Assembly: GCA_027324805.1 (NCBI GenBank)
Contig: DAHVRZ010000001.1
Coordinates: forward strand, 2,945-66,944
Direction of reading: 5' to 3'
Length of the DNA: 64,000 bases
Source of the DNA: Candidatus Parcubacteria bacterium
GTDB taxonomy: Bacteria; Patescibacteriota; Minisyncoccia; UBA6257; 2-01-FULL-56-20
The notes beneath the pieces are model-generated. The model made no database searches. It saw only the letters and a list, made by a program, of their open reading frames with translations, and was not told the DNA's origin. The first letter of the stretch is position 1. Each line of letters opens with the position of its first letter. A program made the translations under genes and the position numbers. Positions 9,552 to 18,798 of this stretch are shown here, piece by piece.

Positions 9552-10209
9552 TATTCTCCTCGGCGAGGTGGGCGTGGTCGTTGTAGATCCATACATTCCA
9601 CCTCGACCCTTCGCCGGATTTTTTTTCGCGGTATCGCAGGACGGTGAGTCCTGTGTTCTCCGTCTCCGACATTTTCTGGAATCTCCTGAACGCCTCGCCC
9701 GAGAGCAGATCGCCAAGCAGGATGCGCGCCGTGAGCGCGCGGAGGAAATAGCCATGGGTCACGACAAGCACCGACCGTTCCGGCCTTTCCTCGAGGAACA
9801 CCATCGCCTTTTCCGCGCGGGCCATGATGTCGTCGAAATTCTCTCCGTCCGCCACGCGCACCCCGGGCGTGTAGAGCGTCTCGTTCCACTCCCGCCAGAG
9901 CCTTGCCGCCTCTTCGTCGGTATGCGGGCTGCCGTTCACCCTTGCGGGCTTCATCCGCTCCACAAAAAGCGCCGATTCCTCCGGCCGCTTCCCCGTCGCC
10001 TTGGCGATCGCTTCCGCAGTCTCCGCGGCGCGGCGGTACGGGCTCGTTATGAACGCCTCGAAGGCGATGCTCCGCGCCCGCGCGGCGATCATCTCCGCCT
10101 GCTTCCGACCGCGGTCGCTGAGCGGCGAATCCGGCGACTGGAAGACGGGCGACACATTGTCCGCACTCTCCCCATGCCGCACGAAGTAGACTGTTTTCGC
10201 GGTGGACAT
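9535..10209 (-). CDS. Histidine phosphatase family protein
   Basis: FVRHGES, SPYRRAAETA, GENF, LVVTHG. Confidence 0.9.
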   Translation of the reverse strand: MSTAKTVYFVRHGESADNVSPVFQSPDSPLSDRGRKQAEMIAARARSIAFEAFITSPYRRAAETAEAIAKATGKRPEESALFVERMKPARVNGSPHTDEEAARLWREWNETLYTPGVRVADGENFDDIMARAEKAMVFLEERPERSVLVVTHGYFLRALTARILLGDLLSGEAFRRFQKMSETENTGLTVLRYREKKSGEGSRWNVWIYNDHAHLAEENTKTAP

Positions 10210-10274
10210 ATTAATTCCATCATACCAAAACCGGTGCGTGCCGCGCGAATGGGCGGCATGATATAATCCATATT

Positions 10275-11261
10275 ATGAAACCTGTCCTTGTCTCCGGAAT
10301 CCAGCCGAGCGGAAAATTGCACATAGGCAACTATCTCGGCGCCCTCAAAAACTTCACCGGCCTCCAAAACTCGGAGGATTATCAGTGCTATTTCTTCATC
10401 GCCGACCTGCACTCGATCACGGAGGCGTTTGATCCGAAAGAAAAGCGGAAGCAGATCATCGAACTGTGCGCCGATTATCTCGCCGCCGGCCTCGACCCCA
10501 AGAAGTCCGTGCTCTTCATCCAATCGAAAGTCGCGGCGCATAGCGAGCTTTCGTGGATACTCAATACAATCACGCCCATGGGTGAACTAGAGCGCATGAC
10601 GCAGTTCAAGGATAAATCCCTTCGGCAAGAGGAGAACATCAACGCAGGGCTATTCGATTACCCGGTGCTCATGGCGGCGGACATCATCCTTTACGACGCT
10701 CGCACGGTACCCGTAGGCGACGACCAGCTCCAGCACCTCGAGCTCACGCGCACGCTCGCGCGCAAGTTCAATGCGAAGTTCGGCCAGACGTTCATCGAAC
10801 CTAAGGGCCTGCTTACGAAGACCCCGCGCGTGATGTCGCTCAAGGATCCGACCAAGAAGATGTCGAAGTCGCAGCCGGAGGGATGCCTCTTCCTCGATGA
10901 CGAGCCGGAGGCGATAAAGGCGAAGGTATCGCGCGCCGTGACGGATTCAGGGACGGCCATCGCGTACGATCCGGAGCACCGACCCGGCCTCGCGAACCTG
11001 CTCGAGATCTATGCCGCCCTCACCCATCTCGAACCGCGCGCCATCGCGGCGGAGTTCGACGGAGAGAGCTATGCCGAGCTCAAGCGGAAGCTCGCGGCGC
11101 TCGTCGCGGGACACTTCGCAGAATTCCGCATGAAGAAGAAAAAACTGCTCGCCTCCCCCGCCACGGTCATGAAGGTTTTCGATGCAGGATCGAAGAAAGC
11201 CACCAAGATCGCTGATGCAAAAATCGCCGAGGTTAAAAAGAAAGTCGGATTCGTGGCTTAG
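10275..11261 (+). CDS. trpS: Tryptophan--tRNA ligase
   Basis: SGIQPSG.LHIGN, YPVLMAADI, GDDQ, KMSKS. Confidence 0.97.
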   Translation: MKPVLVSGIQPSGKLHIGNYLGALKNFTGLQNSEDYQCYFFIADLHSITEAFDPKEKRKQIIELCADYLAAGLDPKKSVLFIQSKVAAHSELSWILNTITPMGELERMTQFKDKSLRQEENINAGLFDYPVLMAADIILYDARTVPVGDDQLQHLELTRTLARKFNAKFGQTFIEPKGLLTKTPRVMSLKDPTKKMSKSQPEGCLFLDDEPEAIKAKVSRAVTDSGTAIAYDPEHRPGLANLLEIYAALTHLEPRAIAAEFDGESYAELKRKLAALVAGHFAEFRMKKKKLLASPATVMKVFDAGSKKATKIADAKIAEVKKKVGFVA

Positions 11262-11264
11262 CGC

Positions 11265-14200
11265 TTAAATCTTCCTAAGGCCGATCCAGGCCTCCTGCCC
11301 TTCCATCTTTGCCGTTTCTTCGGCAAGGAATTTTTCTCCGTGTTTGTATTCGACGCGCGCGGCGCCGATCTCCGTCATGAATATCTTTTCATTGTGCACG
11401 AGGGCCTGTGCCGCTTCCGCCGGCAGTGACGCCATCGCGATGATCTTGTCCCTCGGCGAAAGTCCCGCCTTCTGGCGCAGTTCCTGGAACATGCGCACCG
11501 CTTCCCGGAGGAGGCCCTCCCGGCGAAGTTCCGGCGTGATCACAGTATCGAGCACCGGCTCCTTCGCTTTCGCGTTCACGATCACTTTTTTCACATTCAC
11601 TTCTTCCGCAAGGATCGCCTCAAGCTCTTTGCTTAATTTCACATTCACCGTGACCGAAGCGAGCGGCTGGCGAACCTTGATCCCCGCCTCCGCGCGCTTC
11701 GCGAGGCCCGCGGCCGCCGATTCCCGCACTACCGCCATTTCCGCAATTAGCTTTTTGCCTGCCGCGGGGAGTTTTGGCGCCTTGGGCCATGTTTCAAGAT
11801 GGACCGACTCCTTCATACCGCCGAGCGCGGCGTAGAGCCCTTCGCTCATGAACGGCGTGAATGGCGCCATCATTGCGACGACAGAGAGGAGGGTATGGCG
11901 AAGCGTCGCCGATGCGGCCTTATGATCCGCAGCGGTCGTCGGTTTTTGAAGACGGCGGCGCGAACGGCGGATATACCATCGGGAAAGATCATCCACGATC
12001 GCATCGAGCTCAAGCGCCGCTTCCCGGATCTCATAGCGGTCGAGTTTCGCCGTTACGGACGCCGCCGTTTCATCGAGCCGCGCGAGGATCCAGCGGTCGA
12101 GCACATTCTTCGGGTTCGCCTTCCGGCCGGCAACCGCAGGCGCGAGCTTCGCCCCCCTGTCCGCATACGTCTTCCAGAACACGAATGAGTTATAGACGAT
12201 GAGATGGGTGCGGCGGAACGCTTTTGCAATCTCGTTCTCGTCGAAATTCTTCGGCTCGCCGAACGGCGAACCGGTATAGAAGTACCAGCGGACGGCGTCC
12301 ACGCCGTATTTATCAATCACCGCAAACGGCTCCACGATATTACCCTTCGACTTCGACATTTTTTTGCCGAACTTGTCATTGATGAGACCGAACGTGATCA
12401 CATTGCGGTACGGCGCTTTGTGGCCGAGCGCGGTCGCGATCGCCATGAGCGTATAGAACCACCCGCGCGTCTGGTCCATGCCTTCGGCAATGTAATCCGC
12501 GGGATATTCGAGGCCGGACAGCGTTTTTATATTCGTCTTCGGAAGGGAGAAGGGATAATGGGCCTGCGCATAGGGCATCGCGCCGGAATCGTACCAGACG
12601 TCCGCCACCTCGCGCACACGCCTCATCGTCCCATGGGCGTTCTTTTTTGCGCACGCGGCACACGGGAATGCGATCTCGTCCACGAAAGGCCGATGGAGAT
12701 CAACTTCGCCGCTATCGTTGCGCGGCACGGTTTTCAGATGGAGTTCGCGCACATCGGCAAATCCGATGAATGCGCCTTTTTTTTCTTTGGCGCCGCGCTT
12801 CTCCATCTCTTCGATCGCACGCTTCTCGCTCCACCCTTCGGCCGTCTGGAAGAGCGCCCAGGCAGGATACTCATGAGTCACGACCAGGATGTTCTTTCCT
12901 TCATATTGCTTCTCGCAATCCTCAAGGAACTTCCATACTCGCGAACGTACGTCGCGCACCGACTCGCCTCCTTCGGGACGCTTCTCAAAGCGCGATTCGA
13001 GCGTCGGGAAGAATTCGCGGTACTTCTCGTCACGGAGACCCGTAAGCGACGGGCCAAGATGGATCTCTTCGAGCCGCTTATCGGCCGTACATTCCTTCGC
13101 CGGCACGCCGAGCTCCTTCATCGCAATCTCTGCGGTCTCGGACGTGCGCTCGATGTCGGAATGGATGATGAGGTCGATCTTCTCCCTCCTCTTCTTGAGC
13201 GCCGCCGCGAATGCCTTTGCCGACCGGGCGGCCTCTTTCTTTCCGCGCGGAGTGAGCTTGAGATATTTACGCTGGCCGGAATCGAGGATATCGAAAATGT
13301 TGCTCTCCGCCTCGCCATGGCGCATCACCCAGTAGCGGTTCTTGGAACCGCCCGCAAGCTGCGAAAGTTCGTCCATGCTCCCCACCACCTCCTTGTGACC
13401 GCACCCGGCGCATTCCCATACCGGCAGAGGCGCGCCCCAGTAGCGTTCGCGCGAGAGGTTCCAATCCTTCACTTCCCGGATCCATTCGCCGAAGCGGCCC
13501 TTCTTTACGTGGGCCGGCATCCAGTTCACGGAGGCGTTGTTCGCCTGAAGCTCTTTGCGCAGCCTGGACATTGCGATGAACCACGAGGTGCGCGCGTAAT
13601 AAAGCACCGGCGTACCGCACCGCCAGCAGAACGGATATTCGTGTGCGTACGGTTCCGTGCGGAGGAAATTACCGTGCGCTTTGAGATGCTCGAGCACCGC
13701 CTGTTCGGTCTCCTTCGCCTTGGCGTACATGCCCGCAAGCATCGGCACGTCCTTTGTGAACTTACCCTCGTCATCCACGGTATGGTGTTCCGGCAGGCCC
13801 TCCTTCTTTCCAAGCGCGTAGTCGTCCTCGCCATACATCACGGCCGTGTGCACCACGCCCGTGCCGTCGGTCGTCGTCACGAACGACGCCGGATATACCT
13901 TGTATGATTTCGGCGATCTCAATTTCTCCACATCGAAGAGCGGCTCGTATTCAAGGCCGACGAGCTGTTCGCCTTTCACCGCCCAAAACTTTCCCGCGCC
14001 TTCCAGTCCGAGACTCGCGATCCGATCCGTTGCCGCAATCAGATATTCGTCCCCGACCTCCACCGCGCGATACTCGATCTTCGGCCCGACCGCGAGCGCC
14101 ACGTTGCCCGGCAAGGTCCACGGCGTCGTCGTCCACGAAAGGATGTATATCGTATCGGAGGGCTGTATGACGTGGCTTCCGATCTTCTGCCCCGGCTTCA

Positions 14201-14882
14201 GTTTGAACTTCACATATACCGACGTATCGGTCACTTCCTGGTAGCCCTGTGCGAGCTCGTGCGACGAAAGCGCGGTTCCGCATCGGGTACACCACGGCAC
14301 CACCTTGTGGCCTTTATAGAGCAGATCGCGCTTTGCGAGCCGGGACAGGCTCCACCAGATGGATTCGATGTATTCCGGCGCGTAGGTCACGTACGCGTTC
14401 TTGAGATCCAGCCAATAACCGATGCGGCGGGTCATGCGCTCCCACTCGTCTTTATAGATCCAGACTTGCTCCTTTGCAGCCTCGTTGAACCTCTTGATGC
14501 CATATTGTTCGATGTCGCGCTTCGTTTTGAAGCCGAGCGCTTTTTCGGCAGCCATCTCGACAGGAAGGCCGTGCGTATCCCATCCCGCCCGGCGCGGAAC
14601 ATGGTATCCCTGCATGGTCTTGTAGCGAAGGACGACGTCTTTAACGACGCGGGAGAGCACGTGATGGATGCCGGGCTTGCCATTCGCATACGGAGGCCCT
14701 TCGTAAAACACGAACTCCTTCGAACCCTTCTTCTTCGCGAGGGATTTCTCGAAAATATGCCGCTCATCCCAGAATGCGAGCACTTTTTCTTCCGTACCGG
14801 GAAGATTGAATCCGTCACCGAGGAAATCGGGCGCACTTTTGGATGAAAGTGGCACTGCTTTACGTCGCTGTTTTTTGGGCAT
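11265..14882 (-). CDS. ileS: Isoleucine--tRNA ligase (type 2) with inserted histidine-phosphatase domain
   Basis: EGPPYANG.PGIHH, GWDTHGLP, WTTTPWTLP, SRERYWG, DQTRGWFY, KMSKS. Confidence 0.95.
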   Translation of the reverse strand: MPKKQRRKAVPLSSKSAPDFLGDGFNLPGTEEKVLAFWDERHIFEKSLAKKKGSKEFVFYEGPPYANGKPGIHHVLSRVVKDVVLRYKTMQGYHVPRRAGWDTHGLPVEMAAEKALGFKTKRDIEQYGIKRFNEAAKEQVWIYKDEWERMTRRIGYWLDLKNAYVTYAPEYIESIWWSLSRLAKRDLLYKGHKVVPWCTRCGTALSSHELAQGYQEVTDTSVYVKFKLKPGQKIGSHVIQPSDTIYILSWTTTPWTLPGNVALAVGPKIEYRAVEVGDEYLIAATDRIASLGLEGAGKFWAVKGEQLVGLEYEPLFDVEKLRSPKSYKVYPASFVTTTDGTGVVHTAVMYGEDDYALGKKEGLPEHHTVDDEGKFTKDVPMLAGMYAKAKETEQAVLEHLKAHGNFLRTEPYAHEYPFCWRCGTPVLYYARTSWFIAMSRLRKELQANNASVNWMPAHVKKGRFGEWIREVKDWNLSRERYWGAPLPVWECAGCGHKEVVGSMDELSQLAGGSKNRYWVMRHGEAESNIFDILDSGQRKYLKLTPRGKKEAARSAKAFAAALKKRREKIDLIIHSDIERTSETAEIAMKELGVPAKECTADKRLEEIHLGPSLTGLRDEKYREFFPTLESRFEKRPEGGESVRDVRSRVWKFLEDCEKQYEGKNILVVTHEYPAWALFQTAEGWSEKRAIEEMEKRGAKEKKGAFIGFADVRELHLKTVPRNDSGEVDLHRPFVDEIAFPCAACAKKNAHGTMRRVREVADVWYDSGAMPYAQAHYPFSLPKTNIKTLSGLEYPADYIAEGMDQTRGWFYTLMAIATALGHKAPYRNVITFGLINDKFGKKMSKSKGNIVEPFAVIDKYGVDAVRWYFYTGSPFGEPKNFDENEIAKAFRRTHLIVYNSFVFWKTYADRGAKLAPAVAGRKANPKNVLDRWILARLDETAASVTAKLDRYEIREAALELDAIVDDLSRWYIRRSRRRLQKPTTAADHKAASATLRHTLLSVVAMMAPFTPFMSEGLYAALGGMKESVHLETWPKAPKLPAAGKKLIAEMAVVRESAAAGLAKRAEAGIKVRQPLASVTVNVKLSKELEAILAEEVNVKKVIVNAKAKEPVLDTVITPELRREGLLREAVRMFQELRQKAGLSPRDKIIAMASLPAEAAQALVHNEKIFMTEIGAARVEYKHGEKFLAEETAKMEGQEAWIGLRKI

Positions 14883-14954
14883 TATCCCTATAAATTAGCA
14901 GATTTTCCGCTTATTTTCCACGTCGCCAGAGAAACGGCCGCAACATGGGCGAAT

Positions 14955-14990
14955 AAAAAATGCCTCGCATCGACGAACGATGCAAGGCAG
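14955..14990 (-). terminator. Terminator of orphan gene
   Basis: Minus-strand TGCCTTGCATCG...CGATGCGAGGCA hairpin followed by T-tract. Confidence 0.7.
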
Positions 14991-15016
14991 ATGACCTCCA
15001 ATAATCCCGCGACGGA

Positions 15017-15415
15017 TCATTCCGACACGACGAAGATCGATCCTTCGATTTTTGTGATGCGCTCGATGGCGGACCTCGGGATGGCGATCTTGTACGGCAC
15101 ATCGGCGAAGCCGCGTCCTTTGAGCACTACCGCAACGACGGGCTGCATTCCTGCCACCTTCCGGAGCAGGCGGACGGGAAGTGGCGGATGGATCCGAACC
15201 TTCCACCCCTTATTCAACATCAGGGCCTTTCCTGCTCCCGGAAGGAACGCTTCCTTCGGAACCTTGATACCCCCGATGCGGCACACACCCGGATCGGCGA
15301 AATTCGGCTGTTCCCAGAACGTTATCTCGCGCGTGACCATCTCGATGACGGACACCCTCCGCGCCGGCCGAACACTTTCGATGCCGGCCACGCCTACCAA
15401 CGTCAAATCGGCCAT
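15017..15415 (-). CDS. Hypothetical protein (orphan, SD-led)
   Basis: ATG preceded by GGAGGGG; followed by terminator. Confidence 0.65.
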   Translation of the reverse strand: MADLTLVGVAGIESVRPARRVSVIEMVTREITFWEQPNFADPGVCRIGGIKVPKEAFLPGAGKALMLNKGWKVRIHPPLPVRLLRKVAGMQPVVAVVLKGRGFADVPYKIAIPRSAIERITKIEGSIFVVSE

Positions 15416-15480
15416 ATACCCCCTCCGCAGGCCGCCGCATATCGGCGGTTCACTGCCTGGAAAGAGCATACCGTGGGACG

Positions 15481-17280
15481 CTATATCTTTTCAAGTGTGA
15501 CGATGCCGAGAAGACCGAGGCCCGTACGTAAAATATCCGCAGCTGCGGAAGCAAGCGCAAGGCGGGCCGCGCGCCGTTCGGTATCCTCATCCTTCAGGAT
15601 CGGCGTCGTCTCGTAGAATTTGTTCGCCGCGACGGCGAGCTTGTAGCAATATGCCGCGACGGCGCTTGGCGCGAGGCGCGCCGCCGCGCGCGCAACGATA
15701 TCAGGGAATTCCGCCATCCTCCTGATGAGCGCGAGTTCGCTCTCCGTGCCGATCTTCCCGGTGGCCGCACCGCCATCAATGCCGTTTGCAATGGCTCTTT
15801 CCACGTCACTATCAAATTCTTCGCGTGCCTTCCGTAAAATGCTTCGCAAACGCGCATAGGCATACTGGAGATACGGACCCGCATCTCCTTCGAATGAAAG
15901 GGATTTTTCAAAATCAAAAACGATGTCCTGTCCCGGATTCTGCTTGAGTATCGAATATTTTATCGCGCCGACCGCGATCGCCTCGGTCGCCGCCGCCCTC
16001 TCTTCTTCGCCGAGCGCGCTCCGCTCGCTCACCTTTTCCGCGAGGCGCTCCTTAACCTGACCGAGGAGCGCTTCCGCCGTGATCACGTCGCCGGTACGCG
16101 ATGACATCTTCCCCGTCGGTAGACGGAGCATCCCGTGGGGCATGTGCCGCGTGCGCTCCGCCACTTCCGGAGGCAAGACGAGCGACATCACCGCAAGAAG
16201 CACCCTGAAATAATCCACGATCTCGTTCCCGGTTACGACAACGGAAAGATCGAGCGGATACTCCTCGAACTTCTTCTTATTGAGGCCGAGCTCTTTCGCT
16301 TCGTACGTCGGAAGTCCCCGCGAGTTCACGAACACGCGCGTGTGAAGGCCGTACTTTTCTCCGGGAAACACCACCGCGCCGTCGCTCTTTTCGAATATCC
16401 CTCTCCCAAGGCCGTCATCCACCACATCGAGGCCCGGCGATGCCATTTCGCTTTCGAAATAATAGCGTTCGAACTTCGTGCCGAGGCGCGCATACAGCAT
16501 CTCGAAATATTCAAGGCTCCACGCGCGGCCGGCGGCGTACAATCCGTTCACTTCATCGTTCTTCTTCGCATAGATCTCCTCGTTCAAGGCATCGATCTCG
16601 CCCCGCGTCTCGAGCCCATCCTCATATGCCCGCGCGCCGTATGCGTACGCTTCGCCAAGGAATGCCATTTTGAGGCCAATATCATCGCCTTCGCCCGGCA
16701 TCACTTTTCCGATTCGCCGCATCCCCCACACCGCTTTCGCAACGTGGAGCCCGACATCGCCTTGATAGTTTGCACGGATCACCTTCGCACCCGCCGCCTC
16801 GTAGAGGCGCGCAAACGATTCGCCGATCGTATTGCTCATAAGATGACCTATGTGAAACAGTTTGAACGGATTAGGATCGGTGAATTCGACCATGACGGCC
16901 TTCCCCTTCATGCCATCGTTCGTGCCGTATACCGAACCGCCGTGGGCGCCGCGCCGCACCGCGACCGCGATCGAGGCGAACTCCATGCGCCACGCATCGT
17001 CGCTCATCCAAAAATTCACGAAACCCGGGGCGGCCGCCTCTGCTTTTTCGAAGAATCCTGCCGGTGCCGATACTCGCACCTTCTCCGCGATCTCCGCTGC
17101 GAGATCCATCGGTTTCATGCCGCGTTCCTTTGCAAACCGCATCGCCGCGTTCGTGGAAAAATGGCCTTGCGTTGCGGCGTCGTCAGGTACCGATAGCTCC
17201 CCTGCCGGCGCTGCGTTTCCGGCAATGCCGAGGGCTTCTTCCACCATCCCGGCGATTTTTGCTTTCATGGACATCTCCAT
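15481..17280 (-). CDS. argS: Arginine--tRNA ligase (start 17280, 17274 or 17268)
   Basis: PGFVNF, VEFTDPNPFK.FHIGH, KMSSRTG, GPYLQYAYAR. Confidence 0.95.
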   Translation of the reverse strand: MEMSMKAKIAGMVEEALGIAGNAAPAGELSVPDDAATQGHFSTNAAMRFAKERGMKPMDLAAEIAEKVRVSAPAGFFEKAEAAAPGFVNFWMSDDAWRMEFASIAVAVRRGAHGGSVYGTNDGMKGKAVMVEFTDPNPFKLFHIGHLMSNTIGESFARLYEAAGAKVIRANYQGDVGLHVAKAVWGMRRIGKVMPGEGDDIGLKMAFLGEAYAYGARAYEDGLETRGEIDALNEEIYAKKNDEVNGLYAAGRAWSLEYFEMLYARLGTKFERYYFESEMASPGLDVVDDGLGRGIFEKSDGAVVFPGEKYGLHTRVFVNSRGLPTYEAKELGLNKKKFEEYPLDLSVVVTGNEIVDYFRVLLAVMSLVLPPEVAERTRHMPHGMLRLPTGKMSSRTGDVITAEALLGQVKERLAEKVSERSALGEEERAAATEAIAVGAIKYSILKQNPGQDIVFDFEKSLSFEGDAGPYLQYAYARLRSILRKAREEFDSDVERAIANGIDGGAATGKIGTESELALIRRMAEFPDIVARAAARLAPSAVAAYCYKLAVAANKFYETTPILKDEDTERRAARLALASAAADILRTGLGLLGIVTLEKI

Positions 17281-17302
17281 TTTTGTTTGATATAACATGG
17301 AC

Positions 17303-17387
17303 GGGGAGCACGCAGGATGATCGTACGGCGGCAGCCATCTCTCGTCCTCGTCCTGAAGACGAATGCCTCCGTGCCCTGCCACTCCCC
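17303..17387 (+). ncRNA. Candidate structured small RNA, unclassified long hairpin (strand uncertain)
   Basis: Nested complementary arms GGGGAG/CTCCCC, GCAGG/CCTGC, GTACGG/CCGTGC, GGCA/TGCC, TCGTC/GACGA; upstream TGGACA-N17-TATAAC; T-rich tail. Confidence 0.4.
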
Positions 17388-17473
17388 TTTATTTTCTTGA
17401 GGATACCTTAAAAACGGGGCCCTCACAATGATACAGAACCCGTTGTCGCGGGTTTTTCATCTATAATGAACCT

Positions 17474-17923
17474 ATGGAACCCTCATCCGCCCCCATCGCC
17501 GAGAACCGCCGTGCGCGGTTCGATTACGAAATAAAGGAAGCGCTCGAGGCGGGCATCGAGCTCGCCGGTTTCGAGGTGAAGAGCGCCAAGGCCGGCGCAT
17601 TCCAGATCGCGGGATCGCATGTGCTCATACGCGGCGGCGAAGCGTGGCTCGTGAATGCGCATATCCCGCCGTATCAGCCCAAGAATACGCCTCCCGATTA
17701 TGAAGAGGATCGCGCGCGGCGTCTGCTTCTTTCGAGCGCGGAGATCAAACGCCTGGAGGGCATCCTCCGCGACAAAATCCTGCACGCCGTCCCGCTGAAA
17801 GCCTATCTGAAGCACGGCCTCATCAAGCTTGAGGTGGCGGTGGCCCGCTCGCGGCGCAAATCCGACAAGCGCGACGTGCTCAAAAAACGCGCGCACCACC
17901 GCGAAATGCGGGAGGTGAAATAG
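17474..17923 (+). CDS. smpB: SsrA-binding protein
   Basis: NRRARFDY, EAGIEL.G.EVKS, RRLLL, DKR. Confidence 0.97.
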   Translation: MEPSSAPIAENRRARFDYEIKEALEAGIELAGFEVKSAKAGAFQIAGSHVLIRGGEAWLVNAHIPPYQPKNTPPDYEEDRARRLLLSSAEIKRLEGILRDKILHAVPLKAYLKHGLIKLEVAVARSRRKSDKRDVLKKRAHHREMREVK

Positions 17924-17926
17924 ATA

Positions 17927-18712
17927 TTATTGCGCGGTCGAGGTGACCCCGATCGTCGAAGTGCCGTTCGTCGGCGCACCGGTCGCGGCCGTTCCGCCTG
18001 CGGCGGCAATCGCCTGGTTGATCACGGTCTCGAAATTGCTCGCGCTCGTGGGATTCGGGATCTGCTGAAGATTCACGAAGAACGTCGGCGTATGGTTGAG
18101 CTTGGCCGCATTGCCGCCATTGATGTCGTTCTGTATCTTATCCGCCACCTGCGACGAGTTCATCGCCGCATCGAACTGCGCCACGTTCAGTCCGATGGAT
18201 TGCGCATAGCCATTCAGATACTGTGAAGTGACCTGTGCCGGAGCGAGATTTGCATTCGTGGACCATTCCTGCTGCTTCGCGTAGAGGAGATTATGCATCG
18301 CCCAATACTTCGCCGGACCGCCGAGCACTCCCGCCGCCTCGGCCGCCTGGGACCCGACCATCGCGAACGGGTGGATGGTGGTCAGCGGATAGTTCCTGAA
18401 CACGAAGAGGAGATTGCTGCTGTCGTTATTGACGATCTGCTGTACGATCGATTCGTAATCGCCGCATGCGGGGCATTCAAAATCACCGTACTCGATGAGC
18501 GTCACTTTGGCGTTCGGATTGCCGATCACGTGGTCGGACGACGTTATTGCGGGCGCCGTCGAGGATACGAACCCATCGCTATTCGCCGCGGTTGTCCCTC
18601 CCGAACTCGACGAGAGCGCACCGGCGATGATGACGGCCGCCGTTACGACGACAATGAATCCCACAATGAACCATGCGGTCGTTCTGTTATAACCCGATGA
18701 ATTATTGGCCAT
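17927..18712 (-). CDS. DsbA family thiol-disulfide oxidoreductase, membrane anchored
   Basis: EYGDFECPAC, FRNYPL, HTPTFFVN. Confidence 0.9.
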   Translation of the reverse strand: MANNSSGYNRTTAWFIVGFIVVVTAAVIIAGALSSSSGGTTAANSDGFVSSTAPAITSSDHVIGNPNAKVTLIEYGDFECPACGDYESIVQQIVNNDSSNLLFVFRNYPLTTIHPFAMVGSQAAEAAGVLGGPAKYWAMHNLLYAKQQEWSTNANLAPAQVTSQYLNGYAQSIGLNVAQFDAAMNSSQVADKIQNDINGGNAAKLNHTPTFFVNLQQIPNPTSASNFETVINQAIAAAGGTAATGAPTNGTSTIGVTSTAQ

Positions 18713-18744
18713 GCCACTATTATACACGTATGTCGCATATGAAA

Positions 18745-18785
18745 AAAGCCGCGGTCGCCATCGCATAGTGCGAGGCGCCGCGGCA
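18745..18785 (-). terminator. Terminator of cysK-like gene
   Basis: GCCGCGG...CCGCGGC hairpin with minus-strand T-tract. Confidence 0.65.
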
Positions 18786-18798
18786 TGAATGCACCGAC

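Noticed and set aside
12204..13907. Long antisense ORFs (for example 12204-13907, 45751-47433, 26795-28270)
   Set aside because: Shadow frames of high-GC genes on the opposite strand, with no recognisable motifs or start signals.
17303..17392. Hairpin as yybP-ykoY riboswitch (AAAGGGGAGTGGC), SRP RNA, T-box or hammerhead (CTGAAGA)
   Set aside because: The partner motifs are missing: no GCRAGACC, no GGAA...AGCAG, no GGTGGNACC and no stem II-GAAA.
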